A stretch of 64,000 nt of DNA, taken from positions 929 through 64,928 of the forward strand of contig JAFYXI010000034.1 in the NCBI GenBank assembly GCA_017546245.1, read 5' to 3'. The first letter of the stretch is position 1; the number at the start of each line of letters is the position of its first letter. Shown here piece by piece: positions 25,304-34,257 of this stretch. The DNA comes from Clostridia bacterium (GTDB lineage Bacteria; Bacillota; Clostridia; UBA1381; UBA9506). A program made the position numbers and the translations under genes. The notes under the pieces are model-generated. The model saw nothing but the letters and a program-made list of their open reading frames with translations. It had not been told where the DNA came from and made no database searches.

Positions 25304-28294
25304 TTATTCGCACTCGATTTCGTTGCAAAGAGGATTTAAATTTTCATCCCACAAGAACAGCTTGCAGTTATATGCACCCGGTGCATTGTCAAATGTAATG
25401 CTGCCCGAAGCAAGAGGATTTTTAACAGGCTTAAGTTCTTTCATTTTTTCACCGTCATAAAGTGCGGCATATAACGTTGAATCGTTTGGAACAGTACCTG
25501 TGATGGTATAATCAACACCGTTTGATGTTTTTGAGCCGCTTATTATCGGCTTGTTTTTTGAAATTTTAAATTTTGCCTCAGGAATATACTCATCATCTGC
25601 ATACTTGTCGCTGGTTGAAGCGGCTATATAGTATGTTCCTGCTTTAAGCTCAAATGTTACATTTTCTACGTTTTCGTATCTGACTAAATCAGTAACACTA
25701 ATCCAGCTACTGTCATCATAAAAATAAGTAAAGCCTGTTCCGTAATAATTGCCCGCAGCATCCAGTAAATCCTCAGAAAAGTCCTCGAATTTATATTCAC
25801 CGTCTTCTGTGATATTTATGCTGTAAAGCTTACATTTTTCGGTTGTTGTAACAAGAGAATCTAACCGGATTTCTGCTGTATCAACCTTGACGATGCTTGC
25901 GCTTATAGGATATTCAATTTCGTAATACGATGTCGAGCCTTCTTTAAAAAGAATTTCGTCGCCCGCATTTCCGCAGAAATATACAAAAGCTTCGCCTTCT
26001 GAGTTTTCGCAGCTGAAGGAGGTATCCTTATTGTTTTTAATAATAGGAGTAAAGAAATAACTGTATTCGCCTTCTTCTCTCCAGGTTGTTGCTTTATAAA
26101 ATGCTTTTCCTGTAATTTTATATACTCCCGTTTCGGGCAAAATTACCGAGTAATATGAGTTATCTTCTATTTTAAAGCTGTTCATATCTGTTATAGGTTT
26201 TGTAGCAGCAGTTTCAAAGTTAAGTGTTGCTTTACAATTTTGGTTGCGGTTAACCTCAATCTTAATTTCAACAGGATTGTCTTTGTCTACATAAAAACTG
26301 CTCGATACATCAGCATTGCCGTCGTTGCCTGCCCAACCATAGAGTTTTCCTAATGATTCACCGTTTAAGTAGGCAAATATTTCGTAATAATCACAGTTAA
26401 GCTCTTTAAGCGTGAGTGAAAAATTATAATATCCTGCCTCGGTCGGAGTAAACCGATAAAGCTTTGTTGCAGAATCAGAAGGATATGAACAATCAATATC
26501 TGTTGTTTCGGTCAGATAAGTATATTTTTCTTCGACCGTTATTTGAATGTTGGCATCTTTTAAAGTTTCGGTTAAGCCTGTCTGACGAAAACGGATATAT
26601 ACGGTTTCGTTTTCGTCTAAATCAACATATTCAAAATCATAATCTTCGGTACCGCGCTCGCATAAAACTGCATCTTCGGTATATATTTTTACACTTATCC
26701 AATCATCAGAGTTAAAAATAATTTTATAGCTATCCTTTTTGGGAGCGGTAAAAGAATAGATTTGCTTGTTTCCGTCTGAAAGTGTTGCAGAAAGATTTTC
26801 ACCAATGCTCAGAGTATCAGATTTTGGTGTATGCTTTGCTGCGGTAAAGTCGCTGCGTCTCCAAGAGAACAGTTTTGTTTCATCCTTTTTAAACTCGATG
26901 TATGCTAGACCTTCAAAGCTACCGTCGTCTACAGAAACAGAATTGGGGCAGAAGAATACATATTCTCCCGCTTCGGGTGCTTTTATTAAAGCATATTTTG
27001 TTTGCCATTCATCTGTGGAGGTTGCGTAAGAAAGAGCATCACCGATAGTTACTGTGGGAATGTCCTGCTTTGTAATAGAACCGCTTACACTTTCCTCCCA
27101 AGTAGACATACGAACTATATATTCTCCCTTAGGAAGCAGTAATTCGTCGTAGCTTGCCCAATATTCTATACCGCTTTCGATGTTGTAAAATACCATATCG
27201 CGTGATTCAAATGAGTCATAAATTAACGCATAGGTATCAAGTGTTAAGGTTTTGTGTATATAAGAGCCCGATATGGTTATTTCAGAGCCGAACTCCATAG
27301 CTTCTAATGCCTGATATGTTATGGTAGCGGCGGAACTGTCCTGTACCTGCAGATAATAAGTTCCGGGGTTTAAAAGTATTTCCATAGGTGTATATCGATC
27401 AATGGTGTTAATATTATTTCCGTTTTTATCATACAGACGAGCGAGGCTGTAGTTTGTGCTACCGTTAAGCTGTACTTTGTATACACCATATTTTGCGATG
27501 TCTATACGATAATAGTATTCAGTTTCGGTAAGGCCGTTAAAATCGTAAACAATATCTCCGCCTGACGGATTTTCTGTCTTTGGTGCTTCGGGCTCCATAG
27601 AAACAGGTGCAAATCTGAATTTGGTAGAAATGCTGTCAGAAGAATTGTATGTATCGCGTAATCTGATGGTAAAAAGCTCTTCTTGCCCTTCTTCTAAATA
27701 CATAAGCTTATAATTTGAAAAATTGTTTCCGCCAATGCTGTTTAAAACGACATCAGAGCCGTATGAAAGGGGGTCGGTGTCAATATGGGTTTTTTCTAAG
27801 CAATACAGTCCTGTTTCGTTTGCCTTTATATGTATTGCCTTATCAGCGGTTTGGGTAATGACAATTTCGTCGCTTAATTCATCGCCTATATCATATATTT
27901 GCATACTGCCGTTTTCTGAAACAAACTCCATTTGATTATAAAAATTCCAGCAGTTATAATCATTGCAAGATTTACAAGCTATGGCCACATAATAGGTTTC
28001 GCCTTTTAAAAAAAGCGAATTGTCAAACTCTGCACTGTCCAAGGTTTCTGTTTCTGACAAGTCAATGGTTTTTTTAGCTGAATAAGACCAGTGGGTTGTG
28101 CTGCTGTGCCAAATGCGTATATCTAAGCTTTTGTTGTCGGTGCTTGCCTGTAAATTCCAATTAACGACAATGTTTTCTGCATTTTGCACAATACTTTCTA
28201 TGCCTGGATGACAGCATTCTGCCGCGTGTACGGGGATTATAAGCAGCGAAGCCATCATACACAGCATAAGAGTTAATGAGATAACTTTTTTCAT
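25304..28294 (-). CDS. Giant secreted protein, paralogue of 21250-25131
   Basis: The start was reassigned to MKKVISLTL (ATG 28294-28292, RBS AAAGAGGA). Signal peptide then AECCHPGIESI. Repeats include YSFTAPKKDSYKI, LYRFTPTEAGYYNF and YYSVILPETGVYKI. The C-terminus is LYAALYDGEKMKEL...KLFLWDENLNPL. Confidence 0.7.
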   Translation of the reverse strand: MKKVISLTLMLCMMASLLIIPVHAAECCHPGIESIVQNAENIVVNWNLQASTDNKSLDIRIWHSSTTHWSYSAKKTIDLSETETLDSAEFDNSLFLKGETYYVAIACKSCNDYNCWNFYNQMEFVSENGSMQIYDIGDELSDEIVITQTADKAIHIKANETGLYCLEKTHIDTDPLSYGSDVVLNSIGGNNFSNYKLMYLEEGQEELFTIRLRDTYNSSDSISTKFRFAPVSMEPEAPKTENPSGGDIVYDFNGLTETEYYYRIDIAKYGVYKVQLNGSTNYSLARLYDKNGNNINTIDRYTPMEILLNPGTYYLQVQDSSAATITYQALEAMEFGSEITISGSYIHKTLTLDTYALIYDSFESRDMVFYNIESGIEYWASYDELLLPKGEYIVRMSTWEESVSGSITKQDIPTVTIGDALSYATSTDEWQTKYALIKAPEAGEYVFFCPNSVSVDDGSFEGLAYIEFKKDETKLFSWRRSDFTAAKHTPKSDTLSIGENLSATLSDGNKQIYSFTAPKKDSYKIIFNSDDWISVKIYTEDAVLCERGTEDYDFEYVDLDENETVYIRFRQTGLTETLKDANIQITVEEKYTYLTETTDIDCSYPSDSATKLYRFTPTEAGYYNFSLTLKELNCDYYEIFAYLNGESLGKLYGWAGNDGNADVSSSFYVDKDNPVEIKIEVNRNQNCKATLNFETAATKPITDMNSFKIEDNSYYSVILPETGVYKITGKAFYKATTWREEGEYSYFFTPIIKNNKDTSFSCENSEGEAFVYFCGNAGDEILFKEGSTSYYEIEYPISASIVKVDTAEIRLDSLVTTTEKCKLYSINITEDGEYKFEDFSEDLLDAAGNYYGTGFTYFYDDSSWISVTDLVRYENVENVTFELKAGTYYIAASTSDKYADDEYIPEAKFKISKNKPIISGSKTSNGVDYTITGTVPNDSTLYAALYDGEKMKELKPVKNPLASGSITFDNAPGAYNCKLFLWDENLNPLCNEIECE

Positions 28295-28347
28295 AATATA
28301 AATCCTCTTTTCATAAATAATTGAGTTTAAAGATGACAAAAATAAAT

Positions 28348-28417
28348 AAATTCTTATCTTTAACACAATTATAAATGAAATATGTGTTAATGTCAAGGAA
28401 AATTCTTATCTTTAACA
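28348..28417. promoter_or_regulatory. Candidate operator array in the divergent exoprotein/XRE promoter region
   Basis: The 18-nt direct repeat AAATTCTTATCTTTAACA occurs at 28348 and 28400 (52-bp phasing). It flanks the 8-bp inverted repeat TTAACACA (28360-28367) / TGTGTTAA (28383-28390). Confidence 0.4.
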
Positions 28418-28438
28418 TATTTTAAGAGGTATAAGCTT

Positions 28439-28681
28439 ATGAAAATTTATGACTATAACGGCAAAAAAAACATATGCGGAGACAGAATACATGAGGCGAG
28501 AAGAAAGCTAAAGCTTACACAAAGCGATTTAGCCGCTAAACTGCAATTGGCAGGAATTATAATAGAGCGGGACAGCGTTTCGAGAATTGAGCTTGGCACA
28601 CGATTTGTAACGGACTATGAAGTGCGCGAGCTTTCGAAAATATTAAAAGTAAGTGTTTCGTGGTTGTTAGGCGTAGAATAG
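28439..28681 (+). CDS. XRE-family helix-turn-helix transcriptional regulator
   Basis: 80 aa with an HTH_3-like segment IHEARRKLKLTQSDLAAKLQLAGIIIERDSVSRIELG. Confidence 0.8.
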   Translation: MKIYDYNGKKNICGDRIHEARRKLKLTQSDLAAKLQLAGIIIERDSVSRIELGTRFVTDYEVRELSKILKVSVSWLLGVE

Positions 28682-28685
28682 ACAG

Positions 28686-28722
28686 TAAAAAGCTCATTTG
28701 TCATATGACAAATGAGCTTTTA
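28686..28722. terminator. Bidirectional hairpin between the XRE gene and the NlpC/P60 exoprotein gene
   Basis: Perfect palindrome AAAAGCTCATTTGTCAT/ATGACAAATGAGCTTTT with A/T runs on both sides. Confidence 0.65.
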
Positions 28723-28735
28723 TCATCATTTTGTA

Positions 28736-31700
28736 TTATTCAAATATATAGGTATTTGTCTGTGGTGTTATTCCCGTAAGGCTGTTTTCCCAGAAGAAAA
28801 TTTTATCGCCTTTAGCTGCTGCAAAGCCTTCGGGTATTTCTGCACTTATTCTGCCTTTGGCGGTTGCAGTTACCTCTAAAGGATAAAGCTCGTTAAGCTT
28901 ATTGCCATCGTAACTTGCAAAATAAAGCTTGTAAGCTCCTGCTGCATTAGCTATAAGATTAACTGTTGTATTATCTTCGCTTACAGATTCAATATAACAT
29001 TTATTTTCGCTTATCCAGTCGGTATCTAATATGGTGTGCTGGAAATAACCAACGGATGAACTGGTAATGTTGCCTAAATAAATTGCGTAAATATCTTTAT
29101 TAATCTCTGTTCCTATTCCCGATGTGCCGACAGATGTCGTGCCGAACACTCCGTTTGCGAGCCAGTTTGCACCAATGTCGGTAGTAAGGGCATAACGTCT
29201 GAATGCTACGTTCTTTTCTCCGTCTGGTCTGGAGTCTGTGGCTGCTGAGTAACTGTCATTTTTGTGAATGTAATACTCAATTTTAGATGAGTTGGCACGC
29301 ATATAGGCTGAACCGGTAAACTGTACAAGCGAGTAGTATGGAAGATGGTCGGTTTTAGAATAATATTTTTGCATATCATCCCATGTGCTTATTACTATTG
29401 CTTTGCTTAAATCATAGCTTGTGTCATTATTTGACGATACAACAAAATCGGCAAATGAGGTTATTTCGCTATCTATAAGAGCAAGATATTTTCTGCCCGA
29501 GTTTGCGGCAGAGTAGTTAGCATCGCCACTAAGCATCTGAACAGCAAGGCTTAATTTGTCACCCTTTTCGATGCCGTTTGGTGTAATGGTCATTGTTATT
29601 TTTCCATTGTTAGAGATGGTGTACATATTAGATGACATTGCTAATGCAATGGTGTCGTTTGTGTTGACATCTTTAATTAGCATTTGCGGTCTGTAAGTAT
29701 CGACTGTTGAGCCTGTGCTGAGTGTGCCGATACCAACATATATGCCTTCAACCCTTATATCTGTTTTGGTTGGTGCAGCTTTTAACTCAGACACATTGTA
29801 TGCTTTTATCTTAGCTTCAAGTCCGTTAAGGGTAGCGGAATACGCGCCGAAAATTACCTCAACCGATGTTTGCGGATAAGAAATTATATCGTTTGATAAA
29901 GCAAAGTTAGTAACATTTCTCTTGGTTCCGTCAGACATTGTTGCAACTACTGTCATACCTGTTGTATCAATGGTTTCTCCGCTGTCATAAACAAGCTTAG
30001 TCGGAGGATTGGTAATTTCGATTCCTGTAACTGTCAGCTCTGAGGTTGCAGGCTGCATAGAAGGACGAAGAACTGCAAAACGTCCGTAAGCAATTAACGA
30101 AACAAGCTTATTTTGAGGTGATGAACGCATGTAAGTGCTTCCTGAGCTTGAGGTGGCAGAAACATATTCTTCGTTTGTGGTAATCAGTGAGCAAACACCG
30201 TTTTCAACTTGAACAAACTGAGAATCGCCAACGTATATATAAGCTAACTCGCTACCTTTATACTCAGCTAAAATTACATCACCCAAAGCAAGATGATTTA
30301 CAGAAACATAGCTTCTGCGATAGCCGTCAAGAGGCACTTTAGATGTGTATGTAATATCTACACCGCCGAACATATGCGGAACAAGCATTTTAGAAAGCTC
30401 TGTTTGTGTGTGGCAGGTATAGTTAGCATTGTCGATTATCTCGGTAAGAATCTCGTTTGCGGTAGAGTAAGCCGAAATATTTGCGCCATCATCAATCATA
30501 CCGAATGCATCTGCACCGATAGATTCCTTATATGCAGTAGTTATCATGGTTACACCGTCACGAAATGCACGTTCGTTTTGTGCATATTCTTTAGCTTTAG
30601 CAGCAATCTGTGCTCTGTCTTCTGCGCTGTAACCTGCAACTGTGTGATTGATAATATTTATTGTTACTCCGTTAATGCTTGTTTTATCGCTTTTTATAAC
30701 AGTACCGGCTACGTTAGTTGTAACTTTAACTGTGTAAGAAATAGTCTTCGTTTCGCCTTCTGCAATATTACAGGTGGCTGAAAGACTGCCTGAATTGTTG
30801 GTAACATCACCTGATACAAATTCTGTTCCTGCCGGAACTGTATCGGTAAGTGTAACGCCACTAAGTGCCGTGTCACTTGTATTTTTTAGTGTTACTGTGT
30901 ATGTAATTTCGTCGTTTGTATCTACGCAGTTATCGGGATGCACAGATGCAATCTTTTCCATCGCAAGACCTTTAATAGTCAGACGATTTACAGACTTTTC
31001 GGTGGGTTTAATTTCAATATCAGTTCTGTCGAGCGGTCTTATAATACAGAAACGTTTTTTTAGTCCCAGATAACGAGAGCTTTCCGGGCTTTTAAAAAGG
31101 TCATATGCTGAATATTCAAGAACAGCACCCTGTTCATATTCGGTCATACCTGCTTTGTCGTAATAAGCAGATGGCGTTTTAGGGCTTGCCGTTCCTGTAG
31201 AGCCTGTGCAATGTACAAAAGTACCGTTACCTACATATACAAGTGTGTGTCCGCCACCGGAGGCATGTTCATATACCATAACATCGCCGACTTCGAGCTT
31301 GTTGTATAAGTCCTCAAAAAAAGCAGCTAATTCTTCGGGAGATTTAGACGCCAAATCATCCTGAGTCCAGTACCCTTCGTTTTCACGTCTGTTGGGATAG
31401 CTATTAGCAGCATTTAACATATTAGCGGTTTTAATAGACCAGGTGGTAGCATCTCCGCGTACCACGTGAATACCAAAGGTTTCGTAATAAACGTTGTTTA
31501 CGAACGAACTGCAATCAAGAAAAATTCGTCTTTGCTCGGTAGCCTCTTCAGGCGAAATAATAATATTTCTTTTAGGAGGAGTTGCGGTCTGATCGTAATG
31601 TATCTGAGGTCCCTGTCTTAAATATGAATAAGCAACTTCTTTAATAATTTCCTGATATTTTGCTCGGTCTTCGTCGGATATTGGCTCTGCTGCGAGTGTT

Positions 31701-31780
31701 ACAGTACTAATGCTTGGCATAAGCAAAGCAATAACCAAAACAAATGCAACCATAAGTTTTGAAAAACTAAAAGATTTCAT
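28736..31780 (-). CDS. Giant secreted NlpC/P60-like (C40) protein with DUF11-like and Ig-like domains and the C-terminal shared module
   Basis: Start at MKSFSFSKLM (ATG 31780, RBS GGAGGATGG). NlpC/P60-like Cys/His motifs (FLDCSSFVNNVY; GGGHTLVYVGNGTFVHC). DUF11-like repeat (ITYTVTLKNTSDTALSGVTLTDTVPAGTEFV). Ig-like segment (VTGIEITNPPTKLVYDSGETIDTTGMTVVATMSDGT). Confidence 0.65.
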   Translation of the reverse strand: MKSFSFSKLMVAFVLVIALLMPSISTVTLAAEPISDEDRAKYQEIIKEVAYSYLRQGPQIHYDQTATPPKRNIIISPEEATEQRRIFLDCSSFVNNVYYETFGIHVVRGDATTWSIKTANMLNAANSYPNRRENEGYWTQDDLASKSPEELAAFFEDLYNKLEVGDVMVYEHASGGGHTLVYVGNGTFVHCTGSTGTASPKTPSAYYDKAGMTEYEQGAVLEYSAYDLFKSPESSRYLGLKKRFCIIRPLDRTDIEIKPTEKSVNRLTIKGLAMEKIASVHPDNCVDTNDEITYTVTLKNTSDTALSGVTLTDTVPAGTEFVSGDVTNNSGSLSATCNIAEGETKTISYTVKVTTNVAGTVIKSDKTSINGVTINIINHTVAGYSAEDRAQIAAKAKEYAQNERAFRDGVTMITTAYKESIGADAFGMIDDGANISAYSTANEILTEIIDNANYTCHTQTELSKMLVPHMFGGVDITYTSKVPLDGYRRSYVSVNHLALGDVILAEYKGSELAYIYVGDSQFVQVENGVCSLITTNEEYVSATSSSGSTYMRSSPQNKLVSLIAYGRFAVLRPSMQPATSELTVTGIEITNPPTKLVYDSGETIDTTGMTVVATMSDGTKRNVTNFALSNDIISYPQTSVEVIFGAYSATLNGLEAKIKAYNVSELKAAPTKTDIRVEGIYVGIGTLSTGSTVDTYRPQMLIKDVNTNDTIALAMSSNMYTISNNGKITMTITPNGIEKGDKLSLAVQMLSGDANYSAANSGRKYLALIDSEITSFADFVVSSNNDTSYDLSKAIVISTWDDMQKYYSKTDHLPYYSLVQFTGSAYMRANSSKIEYYIHKNDSYSAATDSRPDGEKNVAFRRYALTTDIGANWLANGVFGTTSVGTSGIGTEINKDIYAIYLGNITSSSVGYFQHTILDTDWISENKCYIESVSEDNTTVNLIANAAGAYKLYFASYDGNKLNELYPLEVTATAKGRISAEIPEGFAAAKGDKIFFWENSLTGITPQTNTYIFE

Positions 31781-31916
31781 AACCATCCTCCAAACATTTA
31801 TATAGTTTTTGTACACTTTAATTTTAACAAAATTAAATAGTTTTTTAAATCGGATTTTTCCGACCGGGCAAGGTGGACTTTTCCGATATTTTATGTCTTG
31901 GTGCAGTATTTAAAAA

Positions 31917-31940
31917 GCCACACGCAAATTTGCGTGTGGC
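31917..31940 (-). terminator. Hairpin downstream of the MATE transporter gene
   Basis: Palindrome GCCACACGCAAATTTGCGTGTGGC with A/T-rich flanks. Confidence 0.5.
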
Positions 31941-31964
31941 AATGAGTATTTAATTCTAATATTT

Positions 31965-33347
31965 TTACTTGCTTTGCCCTGCGTGTTCAAGTAATAGATA
32001 TTCCTGCGACTTCCATTTGCCCGTAACAAAAAGATATGTTGCAAATATCAATTCGGTTATGTATGCACCGCTAAGAGCTATATGCACTCCGTAAATTCGT
32101 ATTTCGTAGGGCAATACAGCAAACAGAATATAAGCATATATAACATACGAAACTGCGTAAATTAATGTTGAAGTAAACATAAGCATTCCCGAGCCGACTG
32201 CTCTGAAAATTCCGTGAAACAGATTATTAAAAACATTAAAAATAAGGAACGGGAACAAAAATCTTATTATGTTTACACTTACAGTAAAGCTTTCTGCATC
32301 GGCTGCGGGGTCTAAAAAAAGTGCCGTAAATTGTTTTGCAAAAATCATAAAAAGAGATAATGTTACAACAAAAAATATTAATCCCTGAGTTGTTCCTATT
32401 GATATTCCTTTTTTTATTTTGTCAATTTTTCCTGCACCCATAGCCTGAGCAACAAAGGTGGTATTGGCTTTGCCTGAATTCTGATAAATTGCAAGAATCA
32501 AACTTCTTGCCTTGTTTGCTACTGCATAACCTGATATAGCGGCGGTTGCGCAGGTGTTTGTAAGAGGAGAAACCAATGCAGTACAGGCATACATCGTCAT
32601 TTGCTGAAACATCGAAGGAGCACCATAGCCCACAGAGTCTTTAAACAATTCTTTGTTTATTTTAAGTCCTTTTAATTTAAGACCTAAATTTTTAAACAGC
32701 TTAATATAAATGAAAAAATAAACGACTGTGGTAGCAAAGGAAGAAATAACAGTTGATAATGCACTGTATCCGATTCCTTTATGCAGTACCGATAAAAATA
32801 AATAGTTTAAACAAACATTTATAATTCCGGTTATAACAGAAGCCGTAAGAGGAAGTTTAGTAAGGCTCATGCCGTTTGAAATGTATGTAAATCCCCAGTT
32901 GAACTGAAAAACAATATATCCTAAAACATATGTCCTGAAATACATTTCTGCATTTTTATATACCTGCTCGTTTACATTTAATATATCGAAAATCTGATTG
33001 CAAAAAATATTACACACTAATGCTATTATTATTGCCAATATAGACGACAACAAAAAATTAAGCTTAATAATATTTAACATTTTTTCATATTCGTTTTTTC
33101 CGAAAAGTACCGAAACATATATTCCTATACCGGTAAGATAACCGAAAAAAATTGAATTTAAAAGCTCAACCAGCTCGGTGGTAACTGCTGTTGCGGCAAA
33201 TGCTTCGCTGCCTATAAATTTGCCTATCATAATTGAATTGACAAAATTGTATGATTGCGAAAGAAGAGCTGATAAAATAAGAGGAACAGCAAATAACAGA
33301 TATTTTTTTCGCATATTACCTTCATACAGCTTTTCAGGTTTTTTCAT
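31965..33347 (-). CDS. MATE-family efflux transporter
   Basis: 460 aa with about 12 predicted TM segments and typical MATE layout and length. Confidence 0.7.
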   Translation of the reverse strand: MKKPEKLYEGNMRKKYLLFAVPLILSALLSQSYNFVNSIMIGKFIGSEAFAATAVTTELVELLNSIFFGYLTGIGIYVSVLFGKNEYEKMLNIIKLNFLLSSILAIIIALVCNIFCNQIFDILNVNEQVYKNAEMYFRTYVLGYIVFQFNWGFTYISNGMSLTKLPLTASVITGIINVCLNYLFLSVLHKGIGYSALSTVISSFATTVVYFFIYIKLFKNLGLKLKGLKINKELFKDSVGYGAPSMFQQMTMYACTALVSPLTNTCATAAISGYAVANKARSLILAIYQNSGKANTTFVAQAMGAGKIDKIKKGISIGTTQGLIFFVVTLSLFMIFAKQFTALFLDPAADAESFTVSVNIIRFLFPFLIFNVFNNLFHGIFRAVGSGMLMFTSTLIYAVSYVIYAYILFAVLPYEIRIYGVHIALSGAYITELIFATYLFVTGKWKSQEYLLLEHAGQSK

Positions 33348-33459
33348 ATTACTTCCTCCTTGACTATTGTCATCAAAATAAGTATAATCAAATTAACACA
33401 AAAAATCAATATCTGCGAAAATTTTTCAAAATAATCAACAATAATCAAAGGGTGATGTT

Positions 33460-34209
33460 ATGTATCAGCAGGAACGAATGGACGAAATAATGAAAATACT
33501 TAAAAAGAATCATTATGTAACGGTAGATTATCTTGTAAAAGAGATAAAATACAGTCCTGCAAGTATAAGAAGAGATTTAACACTTTTGCAAAAGCAGGGG
33601 CTTGTTACAAGAAGCTATGGCGGTGTTACATTTAAAGATGCCAATGTATCGCCGTTTCGGTTTCGTCAGCACAGTATGAAGGTGGCAAAAAACGCTATTG
33701 CAAAAAAGGCGGCAGCTTTAGTAAAAAACGGAGATGTTGTTTTTCTTGACGGTTCATCCACTACTCAGTATATGGGTTCTTTTCTTATAGATAAAAAAGG
33801 CATAACGGTAGTTACGAGCAATATGGTTTTAGCGCTTTTTTTAAGTGAGCATGGCATAAACACATATTGCACCGGCGGTAAAATTGTAGAGTATCCGGGA
33901 ATTTTGGGCGGAGATTTTATGTTAGAGTCGCTTGAAAAGTTTAATATAGATATTGCATTTTTTTCGTCAACATCTTTTAACCTTAAAGGACAAATATGTT
34001 CTATGACTGAAGAGGGTGTGCGTAATCATTGCCTTTTCAGAAAATATACAAAAAAGCTTGCCTATCTTTGCGGAAGCGATAAGTTTGATGCCGAAGGAAA
34101 GTTTGTCAGTTTTACATTAAAGGATATTGACTACTTTATAAGTGACGAAAATCTGCCTGATGAATTAAAACAAGAATTTAAAACAACTACATTTATATGT
34201 ACTAAATGA
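33460..34209 (+). CDS. DeoR/GlpR-family transcriptional regulator
   Basis: 249 aa with an N-terminal HTH (ERMDEIMKILKKNHYVTVDYLVKEIKYSPASIRRDLTLLQKQGLVTRSYGG) and a DeoR C-terminal sensor domain. Confidence 0.85.
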   Translation: MYQQERMDEIMKILKKNHYVTVDYLVKEIKYSPASIRRDLTLLQKQGLVTRSYGGVTFKDANVSPFRFRQHSMKVAKNAIAKKAAALVKNGDVVFLDGSSTTQYMGSFLIDKKGITVVTSNMVLALFLSEHGINTYCTGGKIVEYPGILGGDFMLESLEKFNIDIAFFSSTSFNLKGQICSMTEEGVRNHCLFRKYTKKLAYLCGSDKFDAEGKFVSFTLKDIDYFISDENLPDELKQEFKTTTFICTK

Positions 34210-34257
34210 TGTTATTAAAATATAGCAAGGCTTCCCCTTATGGGGAAGCCTTTATTT

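Noticed and set aside
28295-28396. 34-codon upstream extension of the 25304-28396 ORF
   Set aside because: The extension covers the A/T-rich operator and promoter region. A good RBS and a typical signal peptide begin at ATG 28294.
30293-31073. 162-aa and 99-aa plus-strand ORFs inside the NlpC/P60 exoprotein gene
   Set aside because: They are Cys/Phe-rich or Ser/Val-rich antisense shadow ORFs with no RBS, and the opposite strand encodes recognisable domains.
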